From Pseudomonadota bacterium (lineage in GTDB: Bacteria > Pseudomonadota > Gammaproteobacteria > JAKAQQ01), in the NCBI GenBank assembly GCA_027365475.1, contig DAHXNI010000080.1, forward strand, positions 69,490-133,489: a stretch of DNA of 64,000 bases. The letters are read 5' to 3'. Positions within the stretch are counted from its first letter, which is position 1. Each line of letters opens with the position of its first letter. The notes under the pieces are model-generated. The model saw only the letters and a list, made by a program, of their open reading frames with translations, searched no databases and was not told the DNA's origin. Position numbers and translations under genes: made by a program. Shown one piece after another: positions 60,467-64,000 of the stretch.

Positions 60467-62797
60467 ATGTCTCCTGTTCGACCGAAGTCCGGCGCGCGCC
60501 GCCGATCCGGGCGTCCCCTGTCTGCGAGCCATCTAGGAGCGGCCACGCCCCTCACGGCTCGTGCGGAAACGCTTGAGCTTGGCCAGTTTGTCGAAAAGTC
60601 GTATCTCGACTATTCCATGACTGTGATCCTTGACCGGGCGCTCCCACAGCTCGGGGATGGATTGAAACCGGTGCAACGACGGATTCTCTACGCGATGCAT
60701 GAACTGGGTCTCGGCGCCGGACAAAAGTTCAAGAAATCGGCGCGGACGGTGGGTGATGTGATTGGCAAGTTCCACCCGCATGGAGATCAGGCAGCCTATG
60801 AAGCGCTCGTGCTCATGGCACAGCCGTTTTCATGCCGCTATCCACTGGTCGAGGGACAGGGTAACTTCGGCTCGCCCGATAACCCGAAATCATTCGCCGC
60901 CATGCGTTACACGGAGACCCGGCTGTCGCGTTATGCGGATCTTCTGCTTGCTGAACTCGGGCAGGGAACCGTCGACTGGATCACCAACTTCGATGGCACG
61001 CTCGAGGAGCCCGCGTGGCTGCCTGCCCGTCTTCCCTGGGCGTTGCTAAACGGTTCGAGCGGGATTGCGGTCGGAATGGCCACGGATATCCCGCCACACA
61101 ATCTTGGCGAAACCGCGAACGCGCTGATTCATCTCATCGACCATCCCGCAGCCGGGCTCGACGAGGTGCTGGAGCACCTGCCAGGACCCGATTTCCCGAC
61201 CGAAGCTGAAATCATCACACCCCGCTCGGAACTGCGTGCTCTGTACGAGACCGGGATCGGCAATCTGCGATTGCGTGCGCGCTACCATCTTGAGGACACC
61301 GACCTCGTGGTCGATGCGCTGCCCTATCAGGTTTCAGGTTCCCAGGTGCTTGCCGATCTGGCCCGTCTTTTCGAGGCGGGAGAATTGCCCTGGGTGCGGG
61401 ATCTCCGGGATGAATCCGATCACGAGCATCCGACCCGGCTCGTGATCAGCCTGCGTGGCGGTCACCCCGAGATCGACGCTGCGTTTCGCCATCTGTGCGC
61501 TGTTTCGGGTCTCGAAAAAAGCCTCCGGGTCAACCTCAATGTCGTAACGCCTGCCGGCGCTCCGCGAGTCATGGGTCTCCTTGATTTCCTCAAAGCTTGG
61601 CTTCTCTTTCGACTGGCTACGCTCGAGCGACGTCTCGGGTGGCAGCGTGACCGGCTTCTCGCCAGGCTCGAGATCCTCGAGGGACTCCGGATTGTTCATC
61701 TTGATATCGACCGGGTTATCCGGGTCATCCGTGAGGCGGAAGAGCCACGGGCCGAGCTCATGCGCGTCTTTCAGTTGAACGAACGGCAGGCAGATGCCAT
61801 TTTGGACATGCGCCTCAGGCAGCTTGCACGCCTGGAAGCGCTCGCCATCGAACGGGAATCGGCTGCGGCCCGGGAGACACTCGCCGGCATCGAGGCGGCG
61901 CTCGGATCGCCCCGGAAACTCCGGCGTCTCGTCCGCACGGAACTTGCGGCCGACCGGGATCGGTTCGGGGACGCGCGCCGCTCGTCACTGGTCGAGCGGG
62001 ATGCGGCCTTACGCCTTGTGGATGACCCCAAGGGACGCGGAGAACCTGTGACGGTTGTGCTCACCGCGCGCGGGTGGATCCGGACTGCCCGCGGTCATGA
62101 GTGGGAGCCGGAACAGGGGAGTTACCGGAGCGGAGACGGTTTTCTGGATCTGGTCCGTGCAGACAGCCGTTCGACGCTCGTGCTGTTTGACTCGATGGGC
62201 CGGATCTATAACCTTGATGCTGAAGCCCTCCCCGATGGTCGGGGGCCCGGAATGCCGCTCACGAGCCGACTCGATCCCCCGCCCGGTGCACGCTTTGTGG
62301 CGCTTACCCGGTTCGAGCCGGAGGAACGATATGTCTGGGTCGACAGCCTGGGTTACGGGTTGTGCGTCCTGGGGGCCTCCTTTCTCGTTCGGGCACGCAA
62401 GGGCCGAACGCTCTTCCGTCTGCCGGAGGGAGCCTGTGCACTGGCTCCTGCTGCGGCCCGGCATGCGACACGGATTGCCCTGATGAGCTCGGCGGGTCAG
62501 CTGCTTGTTCTCGCCAGGAGTGAGGTTCCCGTGCTCGACAAGGGGCGTGGGGTGCGTCTCATGGGGATTCCACCAAAGGCGCGGGCGAGCGAACGGCTTC
62601 TTTTCGCGTTGGGCCTCGGCGCGGGCGACGGATTACGTCTCGAACGCGGAAGCAAGCGGCTTGTGTTGAGTCCCATAGATCTTCTGGATTACGAAGGTGC
62701 GCGCGGCCGGCGTGGCCGGAGACTCAAGTCGCCCTGGAATCTGGGTGTTGACCGCATTTCCCGGGTCGAGGGGTCGGCCGCCCATCAGGCTACGTAA
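60467..62797 (+). CDS. parC: DNA topoisomerase IV subunit A
   Basis: [37 protein letters not shown]; active-site region ...RYTE...; ~777 aa; exact start uncertain (ORF opens 60446). Confidence 0.88.
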   Translation: MSPVRPKSGARRRSGRPLSASHLGAATPLTARAETLELGQFVEKSYLDYSMTVILDRALPQLGDGLKPVQRRILYAMHELGLGAGQKFKKSARTVGDVIGKFHPHGDQAAYEALVLMAQPFSCRYPLVEGQGNFGSPDNPKSFAAMRYTETRLSRYADLLLAELGQGTVDWITNFDGTLEEPAWLPARLPWALLNGSSGIAVGMATDIPPHNLGETANALIHLIDHPAAGLDEVLEHLPGPDFPTEAEIITPRSELRALYETGIGNLRLRARYHLEDTDLVVDALPYQVSGSQVLADLARLFEAGELPWVRDLRDESDHEHPTRLVISLRGGHPEIDAAFRHLCAVSGLEKSLRVNLNVVTPAGAPRVMGLLDFLKAWLLFRLATLERRLGWQRDRLLARLEILEGLRIVHLDIDRVIRVIREAEEPRAELMRVFQLNERQADAILDMRLRQLARLEALAIERESAAARETLAGIEAALGSPRKLRRLVRTELAADRDRFGDARRSSLVERDAALRLVDDPKGRGEPVTVVLTARGWIRTARGHEWEPEQGSYRSGDGFLDLVRADSRSTLVLFDSMGRIYNLDAEALPDGRGPGMPLTSRLDPPPGARFVALTRFEPEERYVWVDSLGYGLCVLGASFLVRARKGRTLFRLPEGACALAPAAARHATRIALMSSAGQLLVLARSEVPVLDKGRGVRLMGIPPKARASERLLFALGLGAGDGLRLERGSKRLVLSPIDLLDYEGARGRRGRRLKSPWNLGVDRISRVEGSAAHQAT

Positions 62798-64000
62798 GCG
62801 GTGTATCCTCGCCGACGAAGGGGCCCTGGACGAACGAGATCCCGAGATTGAGGAGCGAGGTCATGAGCCGCGCCTGATCGACTCCTGTGGCCAGTATCTC
62901 GATACCATGTGCTTTAAGTGGGGCGAGCAGGCGTGTCTGCTCGGGCGACACTTGGGGCCTCTCGCTCTCCGCAGCATCCGGATCTTCCGGGGTGACCAGG
63001 TGGGTCACCGGAATTCTCACAAGATCCGGTTTCACATGGTTGAGCAGGATGGCCGAGTGGGCGGATTCTCCAAATCCATCGAGACCAAACTGGATCCCGG
63101 CCGGTTTGAACCGGGCGATCCACTCCTGTGTTTTTTTGAGCTGTCCCGCGACCGTGCGTTCCTGGAACAGAAAAACGAGCTTGGCTCCTGATTTTTGAGA
63201 GAGGGCCCGTGCCAGCCAGGCCTGGGTTTCGGCCGTGACGAGCATGAGCTCGGACAGGCGCAGGTAGAGTGCGCAACCTTTCGGTGTTTGAGGCCGGGTC
63301 CAAAACCCGAGTGCCGTCTCGATGAGGAGGGTTTCCAAAGCCGGTAGGTTTTCGCTTTCGTGAGCCAGTTTGAAAAACTCATCCCAGGTGTTGAGTTGGT
63401 AGGTTTTGAGCAGGTTCTGACTCAGGCGTATCTCCACACGCGGGCGGCTGTCACCCCCGATCAGGCTCAGGATCGGTCGAGTCACAATCGGCAATGTTTT
63501 CCGTTCGATCATGCGGGCGAGTGCGCTCGCGATATCGTCCGGCTGGCCCCCGGAGAGGTTGGCGGGTTGATACCGATTGACGGGCAAGGGGCCCGAGGCG
63601 GCCAGTTGTGCTTCCCGGGCCAGGGCACGCGAGTTGGATCTCGAAATCCGTTCGCTGATTCCGAACTTGAGACCCAGCGGAATCGATTTGTCAAGCACTT
63701 CGTAGATCTGGTTGCTGACCGTCGCCTGAATGTCTTGGACCCACTTCTCAAGGGACCCGTCCCGCGGTCGCTCGGTCCAGAAACAGAGCTCCCAACCCAG
63801 TCGGGTACAAAAATCAGTGGGAGCAAGGAGTGGCATGACTTTCCGTTCAACGAGTGTCCAGGCGGCATTGATGGTGAAGGGGCCATATTGTTCAATCAGG
63901 GCTGTCAGGTTGTCGATACAGGCGACCACCACGGCCTGCTCACTGCGTTTGGGTCGGCTCGCCTGGAGCTGTTCTTCGAGACGCGAGAGAAAATCTGTTG
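62790..64000 (-). CDS. EAL-domain (c-di-GMP phosphodiesterase-like) protein; 5' end lies beyond window
   Basis: ...[32 protein letters not shown]... and ...[32 protein letters not shown]-domain motifs; reading frame stays open to window edge. Confidence 0.65.
   Translation of the reverse strand, partial: TDFLSRLEEQLQASRPKRSEQAVVVACIDNLTALIEQYGPFTINAAWTLVERKVMPLLAPTDFCTRLGWELCFWTERPRDGSLEKWVQDIQATVSNQIYEVLDKSIPLGLKFGISERISRSNSRALAREAQLAASGPLPVNRYQPANLSGGQPDDIASALARMIERKTLPIVTRPILSLIGGDSRPRVEIRLSQNLLKTYQLNTWDEFFKLAHESENLPALETLLIETALGFWTRPQTPKGCALYLRLSELMLVTAETQAWLARALSQKSGAKLVFLFQERTVAGQLKKTQEWIARFKPAGIQFGLDGFGESAHSAILLNHVKPDLVRIPVTHLVTPEDPDAAESERPQVSPEQTRLLAPLKAHGIEILATGVDQARLMTSLLNLGISFVQGPFVGEDTPLT

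Noticed and set aside
1-64000. CRISPR arrays, rRNA genes, retron/ncRNA-RT cassettes, integrase genes
   Set aside because: I found no regularly spaced direct repeats, no rRNA-like conserved stretches, and no tyrosine or serine recombinase ORFs. The only recombinases are the IS110, IS5-remnant and IS4-like transposases.

Overview
This 64 kb window is high-GC (~63%) proteobacterial chromosome, probably beta/gamma-type, densely packed with housekeeping genes in conserved syntenies. These include secG-tpiA-glmM-folP-ftsH-rlmE-greA-carBA, panDCB-dNK-folK-pcnB, rplU-rpmA-obg, rpsT, metH-metF, zapB-zapA-(6S RNA)-ygfA next to ygfB-pepP-ubiH-ubiI, an AddB/AddA-like helicase-nuclease pair, an EmrB-type MFS pump and parC. 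Three patches look accessory or decaying. The first (~11.2-17.5 kb, between carA and panD) holds a family-2 O-methyltransferase gene split by an IS110-family element. Just upstream of it lies a ~1000-aa protein with an architecture I do not recognise: RelE/ParE-like N-terminus, UvrD-like SF1 helicase core, ankyrin repeats and a charged tail. This protein is the best candidate in the window for an undescribed toxin-like or defence function. The second patch (~30.2-32.2 kb, between ggt and tRNA-Pro) holds a decayed IS5 remnant, a MarR-GNAT fusion and roughly 850 bp with no clear gene. The third (~40.4-43.5 kb, between metF and dinB) is a lower-GC stretch carrying an intact two-ORF IS with perfect 19-bp inverted repeats, inserted next to an FkbM-methyltransferase fragment. 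I also predict tRNA-Glu(CUC), tRNA-Pro(CGG) and a likely 6S RNA. I found no CRISPR array and no rRNA. All calls rest on reading the translations and nucleotides; no database search was possible.
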